Source of the DNA: Octopus vulgaris
Taxonomy: Eukaryota
Length of the DNA stretch: 64,000 nucleotides
Assembly: GCA_951406725.2 (NCBI GenBank)
Contig: OX597818.1
Location: 98,518,001 to 98,582,000, forward strand
Direction: 5' to 3'
This document shows positions 30,461 through 42,764 of this stretch, piece by piece (positions within the stretch are counted from its first letter, which is position 1; each line of letters starts with the position of its first letter). The position numbers and the translations under genes are program-made. The notes beneath the pieces were generated by a model that worked only from the letters and a program-made list of their open reading frames with translations, was not told where the DNA came from and did not search any database.

Positions 30461-31329
30461 GGTCTTAAAGAGGAAAAAGAAAGACGAAATGTACATTTGG
30501 TGCAGTGTAGTCTACAGGACAGTGCCTAAAATGGGAGGAATATGTAGTCAGTCGAAAATCACACGGAAAGAACTTTGGGCTTAGGAACCAGCAAGAACAT
30601 CGTTTCTGATTAAGTCCACCTTCGACGTTTTTCCGTCACCGGTCAACTTAGTCCGAAGGAACATAAAAACGGCTGATGAATGTAAATGTGGAGAGAAAGC
30701 GATGATGATACATGTCCTGTCAAACTGGCACTGGAGAGACATACATGGTCACAACCAAGCACTCGGTGTTATAAGGAGAAGATCGAAGAGTACAACTGTG
30801 GAGAGTATCCGAATGTGGAAAAGCGCGGAAGGATATACTTCCAGAAGGAGGGAAAAGGACATAAGACCAGGTATTGACCCACGGTCTAGAGAAACTCACC
30901 ACGGTGATTATTAGTGGGAGAAGCTTATATTGGAAGCCTGTCCATAGGTGGAATTTACCATGGTGGAATATACCATGGTGGAATTTACGTGGTGGAATTT
31001 TCCATGGTGGAATTTACCTGGAACGGAATATTTTATGTATATATGTGTGTATGTATGTATTTAAGTATGAGTGCATGTGTATATATATATATATATATAT
31101 ATACACATGTATATGTGTATGTCTGTATATGTTCATATGTACATATGCAAGTATGTATGTCTGTATGAATGTGAATATGTACGCTTGTTCGAATGGGTGC
31201 AAGTGTATGTATACATGCAAGTATGCAGATATATATACATGCTTGTATGCATACTTGTGTGTCCGCTGCCTGAGTAGTCCTGAATGCTGACTGGACAAAA
31301 GGCTCAATCGTGTCTGCCTGGCGATCATT

Positions 31330-33480
31330 GTCCGTGAAAAGTCATCGAAATTGATTGATGTTTCTGAATTACACTGCTCTGAAAAAGTTGCCCAATACCA
31401 AGAAGCAGTTTAAGCGATCGGCCTAAACCACAGCGATGTTCCATGTGTAAGTTTTGGTTAACATCTCTATGAAGCTGGTTCTTCTACGCTGGGATTCATT
31501 GGACGTGGCACTTGACAAGATGCTATCTTGTTCTTTTCCAAGTCATAAGCGGTATAAGCTAGAGGAAGATTTTAAAGAGTGCAGGGATAAGGATAAGTGA
31601 GAGTTGCGGGCAGCAAAGTAGGTTCGAAATCTCTGAACCATCAGTTGTACAAGATGCTGACAAACGAGATTCGAAATCTCTGTACCATCAGCTGCACACA
31701 GTCTATAATTCACAATCCTTCGTCTTTGCACCTCTGCATATAACTACTGGTAAAGTGCTGCAAACAAAAGTTGGACGAATTCAAGGTTACGTGGCGGCAG
31801 ATTTTGACGATGTTTAGAACCGTGAGGCCGTAGTAAGTCTTCTTATCAAAAGGTTTGCATAGGCACTGGTGATCCACTAATTCGATGACATACCTTCTAA
31901 TGATGAAATAACGGTTACCCTAAATTGTTGATTACTGGAAAAGCCCCTGGAAATGATTGTATCGTTGCTGAACTGGTTCAGCAAGGTGAAAATGAGATAC
32001 TGGGGGCTTTTATCTTCCGCATTTCACAGTGTGGACGTGAGGCGAATCCTCACAATAGTGGAGAGATGAAATTCTCATTTCTTTGTATAAGAAAGGACTC
32101 AGAAGCATATGTGATAACTACATGGGATATCCCTGTTGTCAGTTGTTGGCAAAATCTGTGCAAGTATACTTTTCAATTGGTTGCTGGACTATGTTGCATC
32201 AGACATTCTTCCTGAGCCACAATATAGGGCTCATTCAATCTGTTTATTACAACACGAAAGCATAGGTTTATGTCAACGGTGAACTAGAACCCATCTCAGT
32301 TGAATCTGGTGTTAAAGAAGGTGATCTTCTGACCACATTGTTCGCCCTCTTCTTTGCTGTTATCTTGCAAGCCTTTGCGTATAGCGATGCGGGTGTCTAC
32401 ACCATACAAGAAGAACGTGTTCTAACATCCGTCGTTTTACTGCAGTAACAAAAATTTTCATGGCTTTCATTTGTAATCTCCTTTACGCTAATGATTTCGA
32501 ACTTGTAACTCACGCTGAGGAAGATCTGCAGCTCTTGATGGACTGTTTTCCGACCTCGTATAATGAGTTTGGCCTTACAGTCAGTCTATCAGTCTTCAGA
32601 ATACCGTATTCATGCTACAAACAGCACCAGACCAGCCACATATCTCACCTTTGATATGAGTCAAGAGTAAAGTGTTATAAGTGTTAGATAAGTTAGTTTA
32701 TCTTGGTAGCACACTATCTAGATTTAGTACACTTGGTGAGAAGGACAATTATAGATTTTGTAGTGCCTGTGACATGTTTGGAAAGCTTGAATCGAGGCTC
32801 TTGTCGCACTCAGGCAGCAAAAGCAGCAACGGATGTTGAGGTCCATGAAGTATGTGTCTTAACAGCGTTGTTATTTGATCCAAAACCTGGACAATCAGCG
32901 GCAGGCATATCTAACGTCTCGAGCGATTTCACTAGCGATGCTTGTGTAATATCGCGACGATCTCATGGTGATTTCATGTGCCTTATACGAGAGTATTACA
33001 GCTAGTGAAAATGAAATATATCGAGTCCATGATCATGAAACACCAGTTTACATGGTCTGGTCATATTGTTCGTTTAAAAGACACCTGCATGCCAAAACAA
33101 GTGCTATATAGTGAGCTGGGACAAGTAAAACGTTCACGCCGCAAGCCACTCAAGTGTTGATAACACCTAGGAAGATCTTGTATCAGATAGGAACTGTAGA
33201 AGTATTTGATTGGTACTTGAGGGAAAGAATTCGAGAACAACAGGATTACATATACTGAGTTGACCCATACTGATAAATATATGGAAGAAGTGGACCCTCT
33301 CTCTGAGAAGGATGCTAAAGAGTTTCTTTTGTGTGACCGGAGTGGTTATGTTTGATTTTCAAAGGCAGGCCTACTCAGCCACGTACGTAGTCACAGAAAC
33401 TTCCCCGTCTTCCAATATGATACTCAGCACCTTGTGTAACAAAGCGTATAAGTTAGCTAGTGGACTCACGCGGCATTATA
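31330..33480 (+). pseudogene. Fossil RTE (BovB-like) LINE
   Basis: Fragments [59 protein letters not shown]...RRKPLK. Confidence 0.8.
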
Positions 33481-33729
33481 TCCCAACGTTTTGATAGTCT
33501 GGCTACTACTGGAAAGATAACTTTGAAATAAATTGCAAGTCCCTTGCAGGTTTTAAGAGCCATATGAGTTGTTATCAGCGACAAGGAAACCAAAGGTAAA
33601 GTGTTTCTTAGAATGAAATGAATTTAAGAAGTGGTCTTACTCGGTCATGAGTCGGCATCCACAATGTATGTATGTACAGAACCACTAAGTGAGAGGGATG
33701 TGAGAGCAGAGAAATACACAGACACGCGG

Positions 33730-33773
<44 letters not shown>

Positions 33774-34699
33774 ACACACATGCGTATATTTGACGGATTT
33801 CTTTCAGTTTTCGTCTACAAAATCCTCCCACAAGACCCGCAGCCTAGGGCTATAGTAAAAGACACCAGCTGAATCCTAGAAGATCCTTATTTAATTACTA
33901 CAAGTGTTAGTCTGTAATTTCCATTTAATATGTGTGAAAATTTTTGAATTTCAAAGAAGCAATCAATAATATTGACCTCCTTGAATATGGCGCACTTCTG
34001 CTGTGTTTTAAGAACAGATGTTTCTTCTATGTCCAATTGTATTGCAGCATATGTTCTGTCGTTTATTGATTTGTATATGTATTTTTGGTTGTGTGCCTGT
34101 ATTGAAATTGTAAAGCCGTGGACTGATATCCATAATAATTCTATCATTGTTGTCTGGTTGTCTCTGTTTCTCACAGTTGTTGTAGTTGTTCTTGCCATTG
34201 TCGTCCTGATGTTGTAATCATTATCGTTGTTGTTATTATTGTTGTTGTTGTTGTTTCATTATTTTTATTTTGATGTGAAGAATCGTTTAGGCGTGTTCAT
34301 TACATACTGGTTTTCACTCTGAGTAACACAGAAACCTTTCTATCTCCGATGGAATGAGGAAGTCCTTTTAGTTTTTGAAGTAGGATCCATTTTCATGTGT
34401 TATTATTTTACAATTTGAAATGGCGAATTTGAAATCATTAAAAATATCACAGATGGGTGATGAAAAGCTTATGACAAATCAACTAATAATAAAACTAAAG
34501 CTGATATGAAGTATGACCTGTATGCGTTTATAGGCAATAAGACCTCAAACTAGGACCCCCCATCCACCCACACACACATGCACGCACGCACACCCACACA
34601 CACACACAGACTAGGGAGGTAAGAAGGGGCGGTATGCGCAAGTATATAGTTGTGTATGTGGGTGTATGGATGCACTCTTATGGCTTTGCGGATTATGTG

Positions 34700-35540
34700 A
34701 ACATTGTTCAAAAATAATTGTTCGAAAGCAATTATTCGAAAAACATTTATTCGAATGGAAAATTGTATGAATGAAAATTATTCAAAGGGACAATTATACG
34801 AAATGTTAATAATTCTAATTTTTTAAAATTTTATTTAAACAAAAATGATAAACTTAAAAATCAAATACACAAACATCTTTATTTCCACTGATAAAAAAAA
34901 AAACATATGAAGTTAAGTTATATGCTACGCCACGTAAATACTCAACAACTGAAGAATACTCGTTAACGGATGCTTCTAATTTCTTGAGTCTTTCATTTGC
35001 GTCTCGATATGTTTTGGCGCTCTTGATATTTTGGCATCCTGCTCTTATGTTCACTTAACTGCGAGGCAACAGTAGAAATTATATAAAGCAGGGAATCACG
35101 GGTTTCTTTAGCCTCTTGTTTTACTCTGTTCATATAGGTATGCACTTCGATGTTAACGGAATCACCAGAATGACTATGTCCACGAGAAACTTTAACCACT
35201 TCATCGCCATTAGTTATTGCACGGCATTTACAATGCAATGCAAACTTATTATATATTTTGGTTCCAATTTGCTTATCTTTTACAAATATGAAACCATCGG
35301 TTTTGAGTATGGGTTTGCCTTTTTCAGTAACAATATATCCGGCTATCTTTGAAGGGTATATAGATTCCAGGTAAATCAGCACAAGCAAAGTATTTTCTGT
35401 CCCTCATTTTCCGGTAATGTATCTGTCACTGGCGCATATTCAAATCAGCAAACAATTCAAACAATCGTCCATTCGAATAATTTTCTTTCGATAAATTGCC
35501 AATTCGAAAAACTGTTTTTCGAATAATTGTTTTCGAAGTG
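34700..35540 (-). mobile_element. Internally deleted MULE with FLYWCH-type N-terminus
   Basis: KGKPILKTDGFIFVKDK...CKCRAIT...GHSH fused to C-terminal EYLRGVAYNL; TTCGAA-repeat inverted termini. Confidence 0.7.
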
Positions 35541-35776
35541 ATGCTATCGCTCACGTATTAACTGCTTTATTCCATCCAGTCAATTTTGAGCGCAATACCA
35601 ACCTCAGTCTTTGGAAATGCTCCCTCCTCAGTTGCTATTTCATTTCCGTTTCCATTATCTTGTTGGTCTGTAGTACGCCAATGTATTTGTATCCTTCCGT
35701 TTCAATTTGCTTAATAAAGTCTCTCTTAGGTAATTCTATCCCGGCTAGGAATTGTAGTTGCCGCTATTTTAGGTAG

Positions 35777-36600
<824 letters not shown>

Positions 36601-36996
36601 ATTATTGAGTGAGAGAGCAGTGCATGCCATCAAAGTGACACTTGGGTAAAGTATACGAAGCCTATCATGGCTACTTGTCTGATAAGGGTACACTAAGCAC
36701 ATGCATCGCAACCATATGTGCGCGACATGGTGATCTCATATCTAAATAAACAGCACATGACCCTGCAGGTGGGGCCCAGTTACAATTTTCTTCTGGTCTA
36801 GTAGCCCATCCCGCCCAAAAGGTCTCTGAGTAAGGGTTGTTTGAGGTTGTTTGAACGAAACACCCATGTTTCCAGAGGTGAATCCCTCTCAACACATGGC
36901 TATGATGCTCCCCCACTACTGCTGCACGTGATCAAAGATGCACATATCCTCAGCAACTAAAGGACATGCTCAACTGGTTAAGGTCAAACAACTGAC

Positions 36997-37045
<49 letters not shown>

Positions 37046-37049
<4 letters not shown>

Positions 37050-38900
37050 GTTTGACTTTTGTTTTACATTTGCACAAGCTGGCTCCAAGTCTCACCCAGA
37101 GACCCCAAGAGACAACAAGTTGGAAGTTCATGTTGGTGTTATGCCTAGGATGCCATATATTTGGTTTGGTACTTAGCATTGTACTAGTGAATGCCTAAAA
37201 AACCATACGAAAATTATGTTTGTTTTAAAACTTGAGATTACAAAGAAAGTATTTTGCGTAGGATATGAGCAGTTCCCATGAGCACTATCTTTTGAATTTT
37301 TGCCATTTTGGGGTTTCCTGGTATCTGAGTTAGGTAGCAATCAGCCCCTTTCGCTATCATTCCCAGGGTACCTATGACAACAGGTATTGTTTTAGTCTTC
37401 AGATTCCACATTTTGCTGATTTCTATTTCCAGATCTTTATATTTGCTCAGTTTCTGGTAGGTCTTGACAGATACGCTTATATCGATTGGAACAGTCATAT
37501 CAATGAGACATGTTCTTTGTCTGAAGTCTTTTACTATGATGTCTGGCCTATTCGTGTCTATTTTTCTGTCAGTTTGAATGTTGAAGTTCCAGAGGAGTGA
37601 GATGAGGTCATTTTCAAGCACTGGAGGTGGTTTGTGTTCCCACCAGTTTTTATCATGGGGCAAGTCCAGGCTTCTGCAAATTACCCAGTGAATATATTGT
37701 GCAGCTCTATCATGCCTGTTGAGATACTCTGTAGGCGCAAGAAGACTGCATTTGGAGACAACATGATCAATGGTTTCATTTTGTTGTCGGCATACACGAC
37801 ATGTTGGGCTATTGCCGTTCTTTAATATGTTGGCCTGGTTGTTCCTTGTAGGTAGGCATTGCTCTTGAGCTGCTATGATAAACCCTTCTGTTTCAGATTT
37901 TAAGCCAGAGGCCATTAGCCATTGATGGGTCAGGGATTTGTCAACATCTGCATTATTCACTCTCTTTGGGTATTTGCCATTGAAAGGTTTTTACTGCCAT
38001 TTATTATTCAGAATATCTAAAGCAGCAGTTTTAGCACGGGTTTTCATGCGCTTAGCTAGCTTTTTCTGTGCTTGTTTCTTGTGTGTCTAATTCCGGAATT
38101 TGTTCACTTAGATATTCCTTTGCCTGTTTTGTTACTGAGTATGATGCTTTCTTGTTTTCATGTTTTGAGACAAGTTTTAACATCCAGTCCTCAGAGTTTT
38201 TCAGGTAGGTGTCTAGGCCAATTGTAGCAACCTTCATTGTTATTGCCAGTTGCAAAAGCCCACGGCCTCCCTCTGTTCTTGGTAGATAAAGTCGATCTAT
38301 ATCTGCTTTAGGGTGGTGCGTTCTATGCATTGACAACAGTTTTCGTATTTTTCTGTCAAGATTACATATTTCAGTAATTGACCAGTTAACAATATTGAAA
38401 CTGTAAGTCACGACTGGTATGGCTAAAGCATTGATCGCTTCGATCCTGTTTCTTGCATTCAGTTCTGTCTTGAGTATTGCTCTTACTCTGCGATAACGTT
38501 CTCTCCTGATCCTTTCCTTCATCATTGAATGCCCTATTCCATCCCCTTCAATTACCCCTAGGTACTTGTCGTTCTCCGCTGGGTCTAACTCTTTTATGAC
38601 ATTCTGCTGGTCGACGTAAACGTTAGATGTTTCTGTCATTTTTTCTTTGATAAAAGTAGCTTTTGCACATTTATCGAGGCCAAATTGCCTTCTGATGTCA
38701 TCGCTGAATTGTTTAACAATCGTTAGTAAGCCCTTGAGTTGTTGGTCATTTTTTGGAAAGAGCTTTAAATCATCCATGTAAATGAGATGATTTATATTTT
38801 TATCCATTTTATATCCGTACTGTGCGTCATTGAATAATTTTGAGAGAGGTATCAAGGCTAAACAAAAGCGGAGTGGTGATAGTGAGTTTATTATTAATTG
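37046..38900 (-). mobile_element. 5'-truncated R4/Dong-like element (RT C-half, CCHC, RLE) inserted in (TAA)n
   Basis: HLIYMDDLKL, FGLDKCA, EGGRGL, ETEGFIIAAQEQ, CRVC..HVVSKC, RHD, NRPDI, KLSKYKDL; (ATT)n on both sides. Confidence 0.9.
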
Positions 38901-38904
38901 TGAG

Positions 38905-38978
<74 letters not shown>

Positions 38979-38986
38979 CGGTAGTG

Positions 38987-39023
<37 letters not shown>

Positions 39024-39586
39024 GTAAAGTCAGCGAGCTGGCGGAATCGTTAGCACGCCGGATAGAATTCTTAGCAGCGTTTCGTCCGGCTTTATGTTGG
39101 CAGTTGAAATTCTGCCGAGGTCGACTTTGCCTTCCATCCTTTCGGGATCGATGAAATAAGTACCATTTACGCACTGCAGTCGATGTAGTCGTGTTGCCCC
39201 CGCTCCTCAAATTTCAGCCCTTGTGCCAGTAGTAGAAAGGATTATTATTGAAAATGGCAAGAGTGGATGGTACCTCTCTTAGTGTAGACCAGTAAGTCGG
39301 AGAGAAGGAATTGGAGAGAGCACTTGCTCTTGATGTTCAGGGAAATCTTGAACTGTGGGGCTCCTCGATTATCCCCAAGAGGTCGTCCTGCATCAGGAGG
39401 GTCGATGAAATAATTACCAGATGAGTTCGATGTAGTAGATTAGCCTACTCCTCCTCCTAAAAATTGCAGGCCTTGTGATTATAGTAGAAAGGTTTGTTGT
39501 TGTTATTATTACGAAACTGATACCTGTGGAGGCAAGGATATAGCAGTTCACGCTAATGTAGGTGGTCTTTCATTTCTTTCGAGATC

Positions 39587-40527
39587 AGGAATTCTCAACC
39601 GGGGTCCATATGGCCCCTGAGTGTCCATATAAGATTCTTGGGGATCCACGCAATTAAATAGCAAATTGGGGATCAACAATACTGTTTTAAAGGCCTCTGA
39701 AAGAATTTTGCTTTTGATGTAAGTATTGGTATGTATTGCAAGTAACAGCTAGGTTTCTTTCTCTAATATTTTACATAGTTCAACCTACAGTAAATGTCTG
39801 AATAAGAAACTAGGAATTTTCGAAGTTTCTTATTTCTTTATTTCCCACAAGAGGCTAAACATAGAGGAGACAAACAAGGACAGACAAAGCGATTAAGTCG
39901 ATTACATCTACCCCAGTGCGTAACTGGTACTTAATTTATTGACCCCGGAAGGATGAAAGGCAAAGTCGACCCCGCCGGAATTTGAACTCAGAACGTAAAG
40001 ACAGACGAAATATCTATTTCTTTACTACCCACAAGAAGCTAAACACAGAGTGGACAAACAAGGACACACAAACGGATTAAGTCGATTATATCGACCCCAG
40101 TGCGTAACTGGTATTTGTTTAATCGACCCCGAAATGATGAAAGGCAAAGTCGACCTCGCCGGAATTTGAACTCCGAATGTAGCGGCAGACGAAATACCTG
40201 TTTCTTTACTACCCACAAGGGGCTAAACACAGAGGGGACAAACAAGGACAGACAAACGGATTAAGTCGATTATATCGACCCCAGTGCGTAACTGGTACTT
40301 GTTTAATCGACCCCGAAAGGATGAAAGGCAAAGTCGACCTCGGCGGAATTTGAACTCAGAACGTAGCGGCAGCCGAAATACGGCTACGCATTTCGCCCGG
40401 CGTGCTAACGTTCCTGCCAGCTCGCCGCCGTGAATTTTCGAAGTTTGTATAAAACTAGTTTTTAAACTTCCAATGGCTATGGGGGTCCACCAGAATAAAA
40501 TAATAATCAAATGGCTGAGAACCACTG
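39587..40527. mobile_element. hAT-type MITE with nested SINE trimer
   Basis: CAGGAATTCTCAACC ... GGCTGAGAACCACTG termini with GGGGTCCA internal repeats. Confidence 0.55.
39829..40430 (-). mobile_element. Trimeric SINE family A
   Basis: Three bodies and one head; same junction as the 17482 array. Confidence 0.8.
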
Positions 40528-42099
40528 TCCTAGACCTTTATACCTTTATACTTCTCCATAATCCCAAATATTTCTATCATACTCGTAAACATACAAACTA
40601 GAACACGCCACTCTATAAGCACACTGATTTTAACAGGAAGCAGTTACCTACACTCTCACATTATTTAAAGTTATGCAACTGCGCATGAATAAATTATGCA
40701 AATTACAGCAGAAAAGAATAGCTCAACGTAACGCATTTATGTGAAAGAAACAACAAATTACAAACTGTTAAGTTTTCATGACCACTTACAAAAAAATACA
40801 CAACCGTTTTACTCTAAACATAACGCACACATATACACATATAAAAGCATTAATAACTACTTATCTTAAGCACACATATACACATATAAAAGCATCAATA
40901 ACTATTTATCTTAAGCGTATTCGTACGATAAATAGTCATTTATTTGACCTGTTGTTGGCATTAGTGGTGTAAGAAAAATAATATCCAAGACAAATAAGAT
41001 TTGTGAATAACAACCAGAATGCATTGCGTTCTGTTACTTAATAAGTGAAAAATTGTATAGTAAATGCACAAACGAAAAATAGATACTGAACAGCAATTAA
41101 AAATCATTTAGTAAATGCACAGACGAATGGGAAACAGACACAGAAGGTCTCTAATTCCTAATCAGTTATCGATCAGAGGGTATGACGCAATTTCGTGCCG
41201 TTAACGATAAGATTGGTTCCCAGCTGGAGGCATCTGCAAGAAAAACAACCACTACATGGATACAAAAGTGGACATACGAAAATTAATAAATGTAATTCAA
41301 GACGACGGACGAGGGACAAAGGTGAAATAAATAGAAAAACAAACAATATGCAGCCTTAAGGCCAGATGAAGACGGAGCATGGGTAACGCTTAGAGGGAAA
41401 TCCTAACGGATTGGAACCCGAAGGACAACAGTCAACAAAACAGGCTGAAGTGGAGACTAGAGAATTTGCGACCTCAATGACCGGTGTAAAAATGAGAGAA
41501 CGAAAAAAAGGCTGACCACGGGTCACGTGTCAGCTCAGCTGCAGTCAGAGGGAGACACAGAGGGTAAAGGAGAAAGAGAGCGAGAGAGAGAGAGAGAAGG
41601 GAGGGAGAGAGGAAAAACGGAGAGAGAGAGAAAGAGAGGGAGGAAAAAACGGAGCGCGAAAAAGAAGAAAGAAGAAAGGCAAGAAATAAAGGATTGCACG
41701 GATTTATAAATAACTTACTGTGAATTAAAGGAAAGGTGCGTTGCGTTCCGTTAATAAATAAGAAAATGTCTAGCAAATGTAGAAACGAAAAACTGACACA
41801 GAATGGCAAGTTACACACACACACGCACACACACATACACACATATACATACATATATATATATATATATATATGTGTGTGTATACACACGCAAACATAT
41901 ATACATACATATATATATATAAATATATATATAATAGTTATCGCCATACTAATATGGCATTCTTATAAAAATAAGAAAAAAGCTGTCCGCTTATTAGCTC
42001 CATGAGGCCATCGCCTTAAGTTAGCTATTTGATACACAAACTGTATCCATATAACCTTCGAACAAGGGAGGTCAGTCGCTCCACACTACTTGACCGGCA

Positions 42100-42141
42100 G
42101 CTACAGACGCGTTTCGGGGTATTGTCCCTTTTCAATGCAGC
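42100..42141 (-). ncRNA. Minimal type I hammerhead ribozyme, U3-A8 core variant (copy 1)
   Basis: Minus strand: GCUGCA UUGAAAA GGGACAAUACCCC GAAA CGCGUC^UGUAGC. Stem I GCUGCA/UGUAGC, palindromic stem III ACGCGU, GUC cleavage triplet. Confidence 0.75.
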
Positions 42142-42461
42142 GTAGCCAGCCAGTAGGTGTCGCTTCCGACAATCTCTGTTCGATGGTTTTATTTACCTAG
42201 TTTCGGTGGAATACATCCACTTGTTTTCAATAATAGAAATATTAAAATAACTAAGTCTCACTAAAAGAGAACAGCGGCAGCGTTCCCGGAAAATAATAGT
42301 TATCGCCATACTAATATGGCATTCTTATAAAAATAAGAAAAAAGCTGTCCGCTTATTAGCTCCATGAGGCCATCGCCTTAAGTTAGCTATTTGATACACA
42401 AACTGTATCCATATAACCTTCGAACAAGGGAGGTCAGTCGCTACACACTACTTGACCGGCA

Positions 42462-42503
42462 GCTACAGACGCGTTTCGGGGTATTGCCCCTTTTCAATGC
42501 AGC
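42462..42503 (-). ncRNA. Minimal type I hammerhead ribozyme, U3-A8 core variant (copy 2)
   Basis: Minus strand: GCUGCA UUGAAAA GGGG-CAAUA-CCCC GAAA CGCGUC^UGUAGC, with a perfect 4-bp stem II. Confidence 0.8.
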
Positions 42504-42764
42504 GTAGCCAGCCAGTAGGTGTCGCTTCCTAAATCTTTATTATGATTATAAAAATCTTACAGAGATAGTACATTACAATACAAAACATAATTACAAAAAG
42601 TTTACGTTGTTCGTTTGATATTTACATATGTTGATTATTGATTATGATACTAGACTTTACTTTTCTCCTTTTTTTTAAAATTAAAAATGATTTTGGCCAG
42701 CTAGATATATCACAGTCAGGATTCTTACCCGACAGCCTAAGAGCCCAGAGACTATTTTCTCCCT

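Larger units (their letters stand above)
29273..31025. mobile_element. MULE-like element with 15-bp tandem-repeat TIRs, containing a retrotransposon RLE fragment
   Basis: (TTCCACCAcGGtAAA)n on the left and (TTTACCATGGTGGAA)n on the right; GAATATTT at 28911 and 31026. Confidence 0.65.
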
